From Harriotta raleighana (Eukaryota): a DNA stretch of 64,000 nt. The stretch covers positions 1,070,910-1,134,909 of the forward strand of contig JBNZDD010013635.1 of NCBI GenBank assembly GCA_050575255.1, given 5' to 3'. The position numbers and the translations under genes were made by a program. Under the pieces are notes generated by a model that did no database searches, was not told the origin of the DNA, and worked only from the letters and a program-made list of their open reading frames with translations. Shown here one piece after another: positions 47,528 to 59,598 of this stretch (position 1 is the first letter of the stretch; each line of letters opens with the position of its first letter).

Positions 47528-49145
47528 CAAAATCAGGTAAGAATCCTAATTCTTACATAGTGACCCTTACCAGAGAACAAGTCCATTGTGTGAACAAGGG
47601 CAATATCAGAAATCGAATATAATGGTCAAATAGCCTTGCCAGGACCCACTGTCTAGAGTCACATACGAAGAACAAACACTTGGGTGTGATGCCTATGGAT
47701 GCTTATGGCGTCTATAAGAATCAGTCACATAAAATAGTGTTTTTGATCATCCATAATAAACTATTGTTGAACCCAATAAATTAAAAAAACTTAGGGTCTT
47801 GTTGTTTACTTTAATATGGCACTTAAGATAGCATGAGAAAATGACATAGTGACTTATAATAATAATAAGCCTTGCATTTGATATAGCGTTTTTTATTTCT
47901 TGTAGCGCTTCACAGAATATACTGTAAATAAAATTTTAATATGCAATAATAATGAAACTTGAGTGTAATTGGATTGTTAAACAACTACACACTTAGTCAA
48001 TGTCTTGGTTTTAAAACATATTTATCAACTCTGTGAGATGTCTGACAATACAATACCAAAACTATTGCCATGTAATTTTGTAGTCCTAAGCAAACTACAA
48101 AATCACAGTTCTTTGAAAATGTTGTGGGCTTATCAATAGAATTATCCAGGAATTTACCTTTTTTTTGGCAGAGATTCAGATTGTCTTCAGAGAGTCTTGC
48201 ATTAAGTGACTAAAATGATATTCAAACTGATATTTAATTTATATGTTTATAGAATCCATCTTGATTTTGTCTCCATTTAATAAGGCCACTTTTATTTTAT
48301 ATTTTAAAGAAGAATACTCTGTAAGTTTGATTTCTATTTGTTCACTTATAATTAAACATGTAGAAACATCTTTCATTCACAGTCCCAAACATCACTATGG
48401 CTTCTCATGGTGCTTTCTCCCCCTCAATAGGATGCCACTCGTTCAGAACTGTAAGAAGAATAAGCTCTGCTTAATCCAGTTGGAACTAGGACAATGAATG
48501 GGAGAAAAGCAGGTGAAGTCCACAGGAAGAACTGGATCAAGCAACACTGACTAAAACCAATTAATCTACCGTAATGTTGCCAAATCAAAGGATTGTGATG
48601 TGCACTGGAGACTTGAACAAGCAATTAACAAGCTCTCTGTAAACTTTAACCGATCAAACTGTAGGAGATATTTCCTCTCCATGTGCTATCACTACCAATT
48701 ACAGGAAGAAAAGTCCACAGACTTCAGTAAAAACTTACAGACCTGCGAGACCATTTCTGCTGATGTGCAGAATTAGTTCTGTGAGATTGTGTTTCCTTTG
48801 CTTGGGGGGGCAGGGCGATTGGTGATAGGGGAAGTTATGGTGGCTTACAAAATTCAGGTTTGTGATGTGAATAGCATTTAGGAAATTAAGCATCTGTGAG
48901 TCAATTAATTGCTCTCAGCTGACAAGAGGAGATTTCAATTAAAACTTAATTCCACACGTTACCATGAACAGCATTGCAGGGACCTTTGTGGCTCAGGCTT
49001 AATGGCCCTTATCCTGTACACTGGTTCATCAGGCTAACTTCTTGGCATTTTGGAAACAATGAAGGATTGTACATCTAAACCATTAAATACTCAATTGGAA
49101 GTGGTACTCTCTGTGGGGCAGAAAAAATTGCTATGACTAAATATA

Positions 49146-49411
49146 TTTTTTTCTGTATCGTCAAAAAAAAAGAAATAATATTTAATGCATATAACACAAT
49201 TTTCTTTGTACTGTCACAAATCTGAACATTTTTTGAAATGATCATACTCCTTTAACAAAGACTTTTACTCAGAAAACANTTTTTTTTCTGTATCGTCAAA
49301 AAAAAGAAGTAATATTTAATGCATATAACACAATTTTCTCTGTACTGTCACAAATCTGAACTTTTTTGAAATGATCATACTCCTTTAACAAAGACTTTTA
49401 CTCAGAAAACA
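49146..49411. repeat. ~133-bp tandem duplication split by a single N (probable assembly artefact)
   Basis: 49146-49278 and 49280-49411 are nearly identical, with n at 49279. Confidence 0.85.
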
Positions 49412-49793
49412 GAGTGTGCATTATTTTAATCTATTTCCATTTTCGAAACACTTGCTCCTCTGTCTACACTTCTCTGCTGGCTTTTGCATTTTCCTTCTTT
49501 TTCTCAGGAGAGTTGGTGTTGTGGTAACTCCCTACAGCTGCTGTCAATGCTGCTTGTTATTCGTTCAATGTTCTGACAAAATTTCCTCTTCTCAAGCTAT
49601 CCTTTGGGCACTGAGAAGTTCAAATATCAATGGTGTCTAGAGTTCATATCTAGGTCTTGAGGATGCTCTGCAGTGTATCCCATTAAAGCTAGACTCTCAG
49701 CTGCTATTTGTAATGCATGCTTAAATAGTGGATTCTTGATACAATAGTGGCATTAGATATAATGTCCAAACATTACTCATTAGAATAAGAAAA

Positions 49794-49912
49794 ATCCTTG
49801 CATTTGATATAGTACTTTTCACATCTTCTGAATGTCTCAAAAAGCTTCACAGTATTTCCTGTAAAGTGAATTGACTCATATTTATGGGTGAAACCTGGCA
49901 GCCAATTGCACA
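49794..49912 (-). mobile_element. SINE family A 3' half
   Basis: atccttgcatttgatatagtacttttcacatcttc...ggcagccaattgcaca. Confidence 0.8.
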
Positions 49913-51625
49913 ATTATGAAATTAATTTAAGAGTGGTCTCCTTTCCGAAATGACAAGAGTTCTTTCTACTGTATTTTACAATCACTCTTGGTGCCAGTGT
50001 AGACTGGGTGCTACAAATCCTAGAGGGAATGCCAGCTACATTTACATCTTTTATGTGTTGTATCGAGCACTGCCCAGTGCTCTGTCAGAACAAAATAATA
50101 GTTATAATCAATCAGGCAACACTGCATTTAACTTCACACCAGCTTTGTACAAGTGTCAAGAATGATGAAAAATACAGATCTTCTATAAATATGTGTCAGC
50201 TACAATGGTGTTACAAGATTGGAGAAATTTTTCTGAGTGCTGAATATTCATTTGGGATAGTGTTTCCTCTAAGCACAATTACCTCTCCCTGCCGTGGTGC
50301 TTTAGTGGGGACTAATGAAGGAATGGTCTTCTACTCAGTATTTTTGAAAATGTGGGTCTCATCAGTTTTCTATGGCCAGTTAGAAATCTGTGAACTATTC
50401 ATTTGTGATTAGCAATAAATTAGCATCTTTAGATGTGCAGTTCTGAAGTTTTTAAAAAAAAAACCTGAGCAACAGCAACCACAGAGGAATGTTAGGATTA
50501 ACACCTGGTGAATTACAAGAAAATCTTTATCACAAACCAATGATTGGAACCATGTATGCATTAAACTGGATAGATTGAGATTAATCATTTATTTTATATT
50601 TCTAAGCAAAAGCAAAATAATTTTTGTGTACTAAAACTTCAGTAGCTTGATTGACACACTTTTTGTAGGGTGATATTCAAAACATGAATTAACTTTTAAT
50701 TGTATCCTGTACCTGGCGAAAGAGTAACATAAGCCTTAATAATAATTTTTCTATTAGACATTAGACTCATCACGTCATCGAGACACCTCAAAGTGCTTCA
50801 CATAATACTGTAAAATGAATTGACTGGATATTTTGTGGGCAAAACATTCGGAAGAAAGTGAGTGGCAGCCAGTCAAAGAGTGCCAACTGTTTGACAGCTA
50901 GATTGAGAATTAGGTCAACAAGTAAACAAGCAAATCAATCTACGATAAAAATGTATTGGTTTGCAGTGCTGTTTAGGGAGCTGGTGATTGTCTGGCTATG
51001 GTATATTGTAGCTCTCTGGCTAAATAGCAGCTCCGAAAACTGACTGAAAACCAGTGTTTAATTGAATGTAAACCTTTTTCCTAGCTCGAGCCAGGCTTTC
51101 TTTCATATAATACCTGTTGGATTTTCGAATTGTGTCTTTTCAAAAAAATCACAGGAAGGAAAGCTTACATTTTATCTGCAACAAAACAAAGAGTAAACCT
51201 TTCCGCTCTGGAGGATATTTTCGAAATCTGTTCTATAGTTTACAAAGCAGGCACCTGAAGCGATAGAATTGAAATTAAAGCTAGTGCTTTTTGTGTCTGA
51301 GACATAATCCAAGATTGGATGCTGTAAATCCTGTTATCTGTCTCAATATCCAAACAGACAGCAGACTCATTTTAAGGCAAATTGATGTAATTCTTAAATC
51401 AACAATTTTCAATCAGTATTCTTGATACAATTGCACTAGGCTATGACAGTATGAATATTATTGGAGCTTTGCTCTGAGCAGCACCTGAAGGAGCTGTTTC
51501 CAGGATGCATGTGATTCTTTGTTACTGGATACAGTGTATGCATTCTATAGTCCCATTCCCAAATGATTAATATTGTTTTATCCCCTAGATATGTGCCAAA
51601 TGGTATGTTGGCATTTATTTCCNTC

Positions 51626-51838
51626 ATGAGTGAGAAGCACTGTGTGCCTACAATATATTAGTGGTTAGGATCTAGATAAAGTTCTGATTCCCATGTGAAC
51701 ATACATCAGATGTTATAAATCTCTGTCTTTANATGAGCGAGAAGCACTGTGTGCCTACAATATATTAGTGGTTAGGATCTAGATAAAATTCTGATTCCCA
51801 TGTGAACATACATCAGATGTTATAAATCTCTGTCTTTA
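51626..51838. repeat. 106-bp tandem duplication split by a single N (probable assembly artefact)
   Basis: 51626-51731 and 51733-51838 differ at 2 positions; n at 51732 and 51623. Confidence 0.85.
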
Positions 51839-52804
51839 TAATTGTTATTGGAGTTTTGAAGAAAATGGCACTCTTGATTGAAGTTATACTCTGTATATTT
51901 AGAAAAATGTTTCCATGCTGTCTCTAAAATCACCAATTGAGGCATTTCATGGGGAGTGAATTCAATCAACTTCAGATATTGCATGCATTTTTCAACAGAA
52001 CTGCACCAGATATCGAATTAGACAGATGTCAACCAAGTTTACAACTTGATAATACTCAAAAGCAAAATGCCTTTAGTTTAATATTCCTCATTAATTTTAT
52101 AATACCATCTCACCATGTTTTTCAAATAATAAATGAAAGTCGTAAACCATAGACATGTTTATGCATAGCTGAGTGCTAGCATTTTACCTTGCAAACCTTG
52201 GCTGTACTGTCATATCACTGCATGTTATGTCAAAGCCATCATTGAAAAATGGACTTGTGGAAATTTTCAGGACAAGACAATCAACTTTTATTTGTGAAAT
52301 GGTGCAAAAGCCAACTGACCTCCTACATATTATGTTCATTAAGGCAGGAACCACAAGGTAACCAGAGCCATATTTAACAGATGACTCAAGAAACTGATTT
52401 TAATCAAAGAATGAATAGTTTGCTACATTTTCTTCTACTTATAATGCACTACAATTGCCTTTGCATTTTTGACAACTATAAAATAGTTTCTCTTGTGAAT
52501 ATACCTAAGCTGTGTGAATATACCTAAGCTAAATATTTACCCATTCCCATCTATGGTTAAGCACATATGGGTAAGTGCTGTAAAACTGAGCACATTGGAT
52601 TGCACGCAAGGTATTTATAGTAATTCATCAAAGAGACCACACAAGTTTGCCTGTATATGTATATGTATATGATGGGGTGAGAGAGAAAAAGAGAGAGTTA
52701 GAGAGCAATGGAGGGGAGTGGGACATAAGAATCGATTGGCAAAAGCATGCAGAAAATGGTAAATCACGGCTTGCACTGATTCAGTTCTCATGTTCTCATC
52801 TCGT

Positions 52805-53119
52805 GGAGAACTGTAGCTCAGTGGTTAGAGCACTCGCCTTACGAGCGCGAGACCCGTGTTTCGAATCTAGGCAGGTCAGGGCAAAACCTTGGGCAAGTTT
52901 CCTTACTCCACATGCCTAATAATAATCCCTCCAAAAAAACACAATAATAAAAATTGGTCATTTCAATCCATGACTGTTTGTGGGACACTGCTGTGCGAAA
53001 TTAGCTTCTGCGTTTCGCCCACAAATATACAGTCAATTCACTTTATAGTATATTCTGTGAAGTGCTTTGAGATGTCTAGAAGACGAGAAAAGCGCTATAT
53101 CAAATGCAAAGATTATTAT
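52805..53119 (+). mobile_element. Full-length SINE family A
   Basis: ctgtagctcagtggttagagcactcgccttacgagcgcgagacc...agcgctatatcaaatgcaaagattattat. Confidence 0.9.
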
Positions 53120-53572
53120 GTACCTCAACACCAAGGAATGGGACTTATTTCCATTCAGTGCATTCTGGATATTCAAAATGGTTGCACCTGGATTACATTA
53201 AAAACAACAGTGAAGAGAAGGCAGAGTCTCCGGCTTTTATAAAGTTTTATAAGGTTTTATGGGCTGGTGTTTTTGAAGAAAACAGTCCTTTGTGTTTGTT
53301 ACAATGTCAATAGACTCACTCACCCAGAGCTCAGCTTACCTCATTGCTTTATACTGCTCTTGTACTTGGCACTTTGCCACCACGTCATGCAGTGGCAATC
53401 ACACCCGCCAATGAGCTGTAGTGGGGCCTCTCTACAGCTGCTGAAAATGTGTCCCGACACCTGCATTTGAATGTGATGACACTGTTGCATTTACACGCGA
53501 CCACACAAACTGCCTGCGTGCCATTGAATGAATGATTTACACCCAGTGTCTTCACGTCAGACCCCCAGCAAG

Positions 53573-53870
53573 TAATAATAATATTCCTTGCATCTGATGT
53601 AGCACTTTTCATGACTTCCAGACATCTCAAAGCGGTTCACAGTATATACTGTAAAGTGAATTGACTGTATATTTGTGGGTGAAATGGGGTAGCAGTGTCC
53701 CACAAACAGTCATGGATTTAAAATGACCAATTTATTATTGTTTATTTTTGAGGGTTTGTTATTAGGCGTGTGGAATAAGGAAATTTGTCCAAGGTATCGC
53801 CCAGCCTGGAATCGAGCCCAGGACTCTCACTTGCAAGGCAAGTCCTTTAACCACCGAGTCACTGAACTCC
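53573..53870 (-). mobile_element. Full-length SINE family A (inverted relative to 52805-53119)
   Basis: Same tail, core and head on the reverse strand. Confidence 0.88.
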
Positions 53871-56849
53871 ACTTGTCGGGTGGCTGAAGGCTATGCTCTC
53901 GCTTTTATGATAGTTATTTTGCAAATGTGCAAGCCCTGACCAGGCAATGTGCACATGGTTAATGAGAGTGACTGCACATAGAACATCATCAGGTATATAT
54001 GCTTGCTAGGCTGGTCCTATAACCCAAACATGTGTAACCAATACAAGTGTAGACAGAGCCAGAACAGCATTAAATAAGCACTACTGAAAGCAGAAAGAGA
54101 GTGGTATTCGAGTTTCAGCATCTACAAGCCACATGAACACAGCCAAATCTTTCCTTTCTAGTCCTGATGTTTGAATAATTTCAGTGCTATGATATTAATG
54201 GTGGTGTTTCCACATCATAGCACGTGAACTGATAAAGTCCAGCAGTGAAGGTGCTAGGAATGGTAATTTAGGTGGGCATACACCCACTTATGGTGGGGCA
54301 ACAGTTACATTTCTGTTCCTACCTATGCCATTAAACCATATCTCCTGCTCTGTTTCGCTTCCTATCGATCTCAATGCTGAGGCCGCAGGGAGAGTGAGTG
54401 AAGAGAGCTGAAATAGGTAATATGAGGGAGAGCAGAGAGTGATGGGTGGACCAGAGTGCTAATTGGGTGGGTCACCTCCCACTCATGGCTTAAGCCACTG
54501 ATGTGCAGAGCAAATCAAGATCATGGGGTAGCTGTCTCTGTCCACCTAGTAGCACTCTAGGGGTTAAAACTCTCAAAGGGGGGTAGAGTCAGTTTGCTGG
54601 AGTGGTTTCACCCAGATCAGGAGGATCAGTAGCCCACCCCTCTCTTGAAAACTGACTAACATCTAAGGCACAGATCTCTGGGGAATTGAGCACAGGAGCA
54701 GATAGAAGCCATATAATTTTTATTTTGTTTTATTAAAACTGCAATTAAAAATCACAGCAGTTGCAGATTTGATTGCGTCAATCTCATTAAATCATTGACC
54801 ATGTCTTTGCATCTCCTCCACTTGATAAGTGTCTTGTAAAATGCTTTATTTCAGCAAAAATGATCCTTTGAGCAACATGTTAGTCATCTCTTTCCCAGTA
54901 GACTGTTGATAAATGACGGAGCAGCAATTCCCTTTCATTTGTTATTCCAGTCGTGCAGTCATACAGATATTAAGGGAGGTGTTGGCATGTATTAAATCAC
55001 TGTAATGATTCTTCCTTCAATGAATACTAACATGATTTGATATGCCAGCAAAAGACAGGAGCAAAAGACTTACATTTGCCAAGAAAGTGCAAGCGAGGAA
55101 AAAACATCATTCTTAATGTTTTCCTGAGGGTCTCTGTCTGTTATCAATTCAGCAAGATTGCTCGGGATTTGACATTGGGCTGAGAATCTGCTGTCTATGA
55201 GGTAATAATCTCTGGGAGATTTCATTCCTCTGCCTGGGCCCTGTTGGCTCACAGACCATTTCCTAGTGAACAGTCAGCCTGATGCCACTCGTTTGATGAG
55301 AGAAGCTCAGGTGACTCAGCTTCCATTTCTCCATTGTTGGCTGGTGTCTCTCCACCACATCAGCGCACTTTTAATGTCAACTACAGAGAATGGCAGATAT
55401 TGGCATGTCCCAGTCCACTCCCACACTGAATTGTTCCAGCCATGGTTTACTCACAATCAATCAGCAGTGGGAACCTGATAGATAGCTCAAAATATCTCAT
55501 TGTCATAATGAAAATCCAGGGAAATATTACGGAATAGGATTGTTCTTTCATAAGCCAACACAGACAACAGCAACAACTTGCATTCATATTGTGCCCTTCA
55601 CACTGGACGGAGTTTCAGAGTGCTTTAAGACATGATGGGCCAAATGACTTTCTTCTGTGTTGCTAGGTTCTGTGGTTCCAAGATATGTGTTAACTTGAAT
55701 AAAAAGCTTTCAGGCACATTATCTCATGGACGAATTGTACACCATTTAGTTCAAATGAACTGAATTTCAAAAGAGCTGAGTGAAAGGATATCATTCATGA
55801 AAGTAACAGTAGGATGAGAAAATCACCGTCAGAAAGCACATTGATTCTCTTTACAGAAGGAACTATCCTTCTGACCTTGTCTGCTTCTTTTCCTGTCAGT
55901 CAGCAAATGCCATGTATTCATCTCTAAATTCAACACTTTGTTTGCAGTCTGGGCTAAACAGGCAATGGTTTTGGCTTCCTGGCAATCACCAACTGAAACG
56001 ATTGAAAGTTTGAAGCACAAAAAATGTTCTTTGAACTCTGGGTTATAGCTGGGAGGTGTCTCATCCACATGAGCCTATTAGGGGTGTCAGGGACTTCACT
56101 CTATATGTATGAAAAACATGTCTGCACTTTTGAAATCTATAATTTTACAAGTTTTAGAAACGTCAATTCCATTTTATAGCAATTCTGAAGATAAACTCAT
56201 CTACCGACACTATTTTTTTCCAAATGTACGGTCTGTGTAATAGGGATATAAAACAGGATTTCATATTATACTGTAACAACCTTAAGTGTCATTTTCAAAA
56301 GATTGTCTTCTGCACATGTTCAGATTACTTGTGGCTGAACTCCAGGAGAATTAAAGTTGGCGTTTGTGAGGGAATTTTCGACAAGTTCCCATGGGTATTC
56401 AGTTGCAATAAAGAAATAGACAAATTGGGGGAGACACAGTAATGACCTGGAAGCTACTATAAAGTGTTTGTTTCCTGCAAAATGGTGATTTAATTCCCAA
56501 ACATGTTTCAAAATCCCCGTTTAATCTGGCTCACTAAACATAGGCATTGTCACATATTATTAGAAACAGATGGACTGCTCCAAACTTCTTCCCAACTACT
56601 AGACTTGGAACAAGATAGAAATCACTTTAAGCTCGATGTTAAATTGAGAGGTGCAAAACTTAGAGCTATGTTTGAATATTGCTCTAAATGCCTGCATCAT
56701 TGGGACCCTCTGAGAGAATGCCATTATTTCTGCTAATGACTTAATCAAAGGAAGATTAGAGATGGGTAATGAAGTAAGATTAGCAGATCTGTTCTTGATG
56801 GGTAGTAATTTGTTGATTATATGCACCAGTGGGTAGCAGGACACGAAGG

Positions 56850-57200
56850 CCAGCTTCCATTGGGTTTGTAAGCGTACTGTGCAAGCGTATTGGGTTTAAA
56901 ATGCCCATGTTAATGATCAAGAATGATGTAAGTGATTGGAAGTCTGTCGTGACCTTTAAAATCAAGATCATGTCAGTCTGATGATATTGATTCTCCAGCT
57001 CTTCGAAGGCTTTATATTGTTATATTGGCAAGAAACTGGCTGGGAGACCACATTTTTAAAAATGTATAACTTTGGTAGTGTCTATTGCTTCCAGAAACAG
57101 AAGATTCAGTAAGAATAAAATTTAAAGCAGCCAAGGAAAATGTTGAAAAGTCTGGGTGTATCTGTCCGCGAATCTCTATTAATTATGGCACATGTCCAAC
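56850..57200 (-). mobile_element. Possible highly decayed RTE-type LINE remnant
   Basis: The minus-strand peptide YKAFEELENQYHQ...IL...HDR resembles the post-RT region of RTE-clade ORF2; broken by stops and frameshifts. Confidence 0.3.
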
Positions 57201-57536
57201 ACCTAATTCACTTTCCTTCTGATATCCTATATTCAATTCTGCTGACAATGTAGACTTTATCCTGCCCAGATTAAATGTTAAATTATGTGCAATTTTTATA
57301 TGCATGATTTTGATATGCATAAAATACTAATGTACAAGGAGAAACTCCCTTTTTTTGGAATAGTGAAATGTGAAATACTGTAAAATGGTTACTGAACAGG
57401 CAGGCAGAATCTCGGTTAATGTCTCATCCGAAGGATTCCATCCCAGTACTGCCCCAACAGTGAACTGAAGTATCAGTCTAGACTAGGTATGTTCGAAGTC
57501 CCGACATGGGGTTTGAACCAACAACCTTCATAATTC

Positions 57537-59598
57537 CTGTAGCTCAATGGTTAGAACACTCGCCTTACAAGCGTGAGACCTGTATTTGAATCCAGGCAGA
57601 TCAAGGCGAAACCTTGGGCAAGTTTCCTTACTCCACACACCTAATAATAATCCATCAAATAAAACACAATACAATTGGTCAAAACACAAAATATTACAGA
57701 TGCTGGGAATTTGAAACAAAAACAGAAGTTGCTGGGGAAACTCAGCTGGTCAGGCAGCATTTTAAGGACATTAGAGGGAGGGTGGTGATGGTAAGACATG
57801 GAAGAAAAAGACAAAGGAAAAGAGTGTGTAAATTGATGGGTTGAAAATGTGATAACGATGTACAGGCGAGAAAAAAAAAGTGATGGGTTTCAACAAAACT
57901 GGGGAGAAGAGATGTTTATTGTTGACAGAACAGACAAAACACCAGAGAGGCAGGGGGTGTCTGGAGTTATGATTGTGACGAGGGAGGGGGAGGGTGGTGG
58001 TGGACGAGACTTGTCTTGCCATTTTTCAAGGAGGAAACGGAGGGCCTGCAGGCCGTGGTTGTGGGGGATGGAGGTGTAGAGGGACTGACTGAACGTTCAT
58101 TGTGAAAAGGACCGTTCAGGACCATGGAACCGGAAATTGTCAAAGTACCGACGAATCATGGATGTAGGTGGGTAGAGATTGACGAGGGGAGCAAAAACGG
58201 AGTCCAGATATGATGAGATTAACTCAGTGGGGCAGGAGCAGGCTGAGACAATGGGTCTGCCAGGACAGTCCTGTTTGTGGATTTTGGGGAGAAAGTATAG
58301 GCGGGCTGGGCAGGGTTGGGTGGCTATGAGGTTGGAGGCGGTAGGAGGAAGGTCACCAGCGGGGTTGAGGTCATTGACCACCTCAATGATGGTGGCTTAT
58401 TGTTGAGCTGTAGGGTCATGGTCAAGTGGAAGGTAGGAAGAGTTGTCGGAGAGCTGGCATTTGGCCTCTGCCAGTTAGAGGTTTGAGTGGGAAAGGGGAG
58501 TGGAGAACTGGATACGGCCGATGTCACGCCGGCAGTTCTCAATGAACAAGTCAAGGGAGGGTAGGGAGCCAGGCTGTGGGGTCCAAGTAGAGTGGGACTT
58601 TTGGAGACTGGAGAAGGGGTCAGATGTGCGGGGGGAGGCATCCTGGCCAAAGAAGTGGGCACGGAGGCGAAGGCGACTGAAGAAGAGCTCGGCATCATGC
58701 CGGGACTGGAATTCATTGAGAGCATAAGGGGCACAAGGGGAATGAAGCTGAGATCCTTGCTAAGAACGGATCGTTCAGTATCAGAAAGTGGGAGGTCAGA
58801 GGGAATAGTGAAGATGCGGCAGGGTGTGGGATTGGCGGGAGGCGTAGGGTCAGAAGAAGGCAGAGAAAGGTAATGTGCAGGAGGTGGGTTGGCATCCAAA
58901 TGTCGCTGGAGTTTGTGGTCCTTGCCGTCAGGAAGAAAGAGGAACAGTTTCTTGTTGAGGCGGCGAATGAGGCGATAGACGAAGTAGAGTTGAGGACAAG
59001 AGCAGTCTTGAGACAAACTGGATCGATGTTGCTGAAGGGAAAGGTCGAGTGTATGCATATGACATCGCATACTGGAGAGAATGGATCTCATGAGGCGACG
59101 AGAGCAGTGATCGGAGGAACGTTGAATTTCGCGGAGATATCTGTGATCCTGGGTAGATTGAAAGCTGGAAGGGTGGAATTTAAGGTGGAAGCCACATGGG
59201 ATTAATTGCAGTCTGAGGTAGTTGCTGAAGAAAAGGATGTGGTTGTGGAAACGGGTTTTGGTGAACACACAATCAAACACAAGGAGAGAAGCAGTTAGTA
59301 GGGAGGGGGAGCAGGGTAGAAGGGAGGAACGAAAGTCACGTCGAAGAGAAGAGTAGAACTTCTTCAAGGTAGGCATTCCTAGAAGAGAAGTGGCAGCGAT
59401 TCAAACATAAACAAAACACAAAATACTACAGATGCTGGGAATTTGGAATAAAATTGGTCATTTCAATCCACAATTGTTTGTGGGACACTGCTATACGCAA
59501 TTGGCTGCCACGTTCACTTTACAGTAAACGCTTTGAAATGCTTTGAGACGTCAATAAGATGTAAAAAGCTCTGTATCAAATGCAAGGATTATTATTAT
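57537..59598 (+). mobile_element. SINE family A split by a Penelope-like element (57537-57681 and 59447-59598)
   Basis: Head ctgtagctcaatggttagaacactcgccttacaagc...aattggtca resumes as aattggtcatttcaatccac...atcaaatgcaaggattatt. Confidence 0.88.
57682..59446 (-). mobile_element. Penelope-like retroelement, internally deleted and frameshifted
   Basis: ORF from 59376: N-terminal region with LSDTERSVLSKDLSFIP, then RLYFLPKIHKQDCPGRPIVSACSCPTELIS and VQSLYTSIPH (RT motif A). After ~58000 it jumps to 3' UTR. It has 33-bp terminal direct repeats and a 14-bp TSD. Confidence 0.9.

Noticed and set aside
52494-52530. 19-bp tandem duplication (tgtgaatatacctaagct), and a similar short duplication near 44104-44146
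   Set aside because: Two-copy local slippage duplications; no array structure or spacers, so not CRISPR-like or otherwise notable.
52805-52880. tRNA-Val(TAC) gene
   Set aside because: The acceptor stem does not pair and the sequence continues into a repeated SINE body; this and similar heads are SINE-derived.
57714-57800. Hammerhead ribozyme expected in the Penelope pseudo-LTR
   Set aside because: No CTGANGA...GAAA core with pairing stems was seen on the element strand; the segment where it would be expected appears missing or decayed.
58324-59376. 350-aa ORF as a host gene or domesticated protein
   Set aside because: It is the N-terminus of the Penelope-like ORF and shifts out of frame after ...LSFIPL; the Ser/Pro-rich remainder is off-frame.
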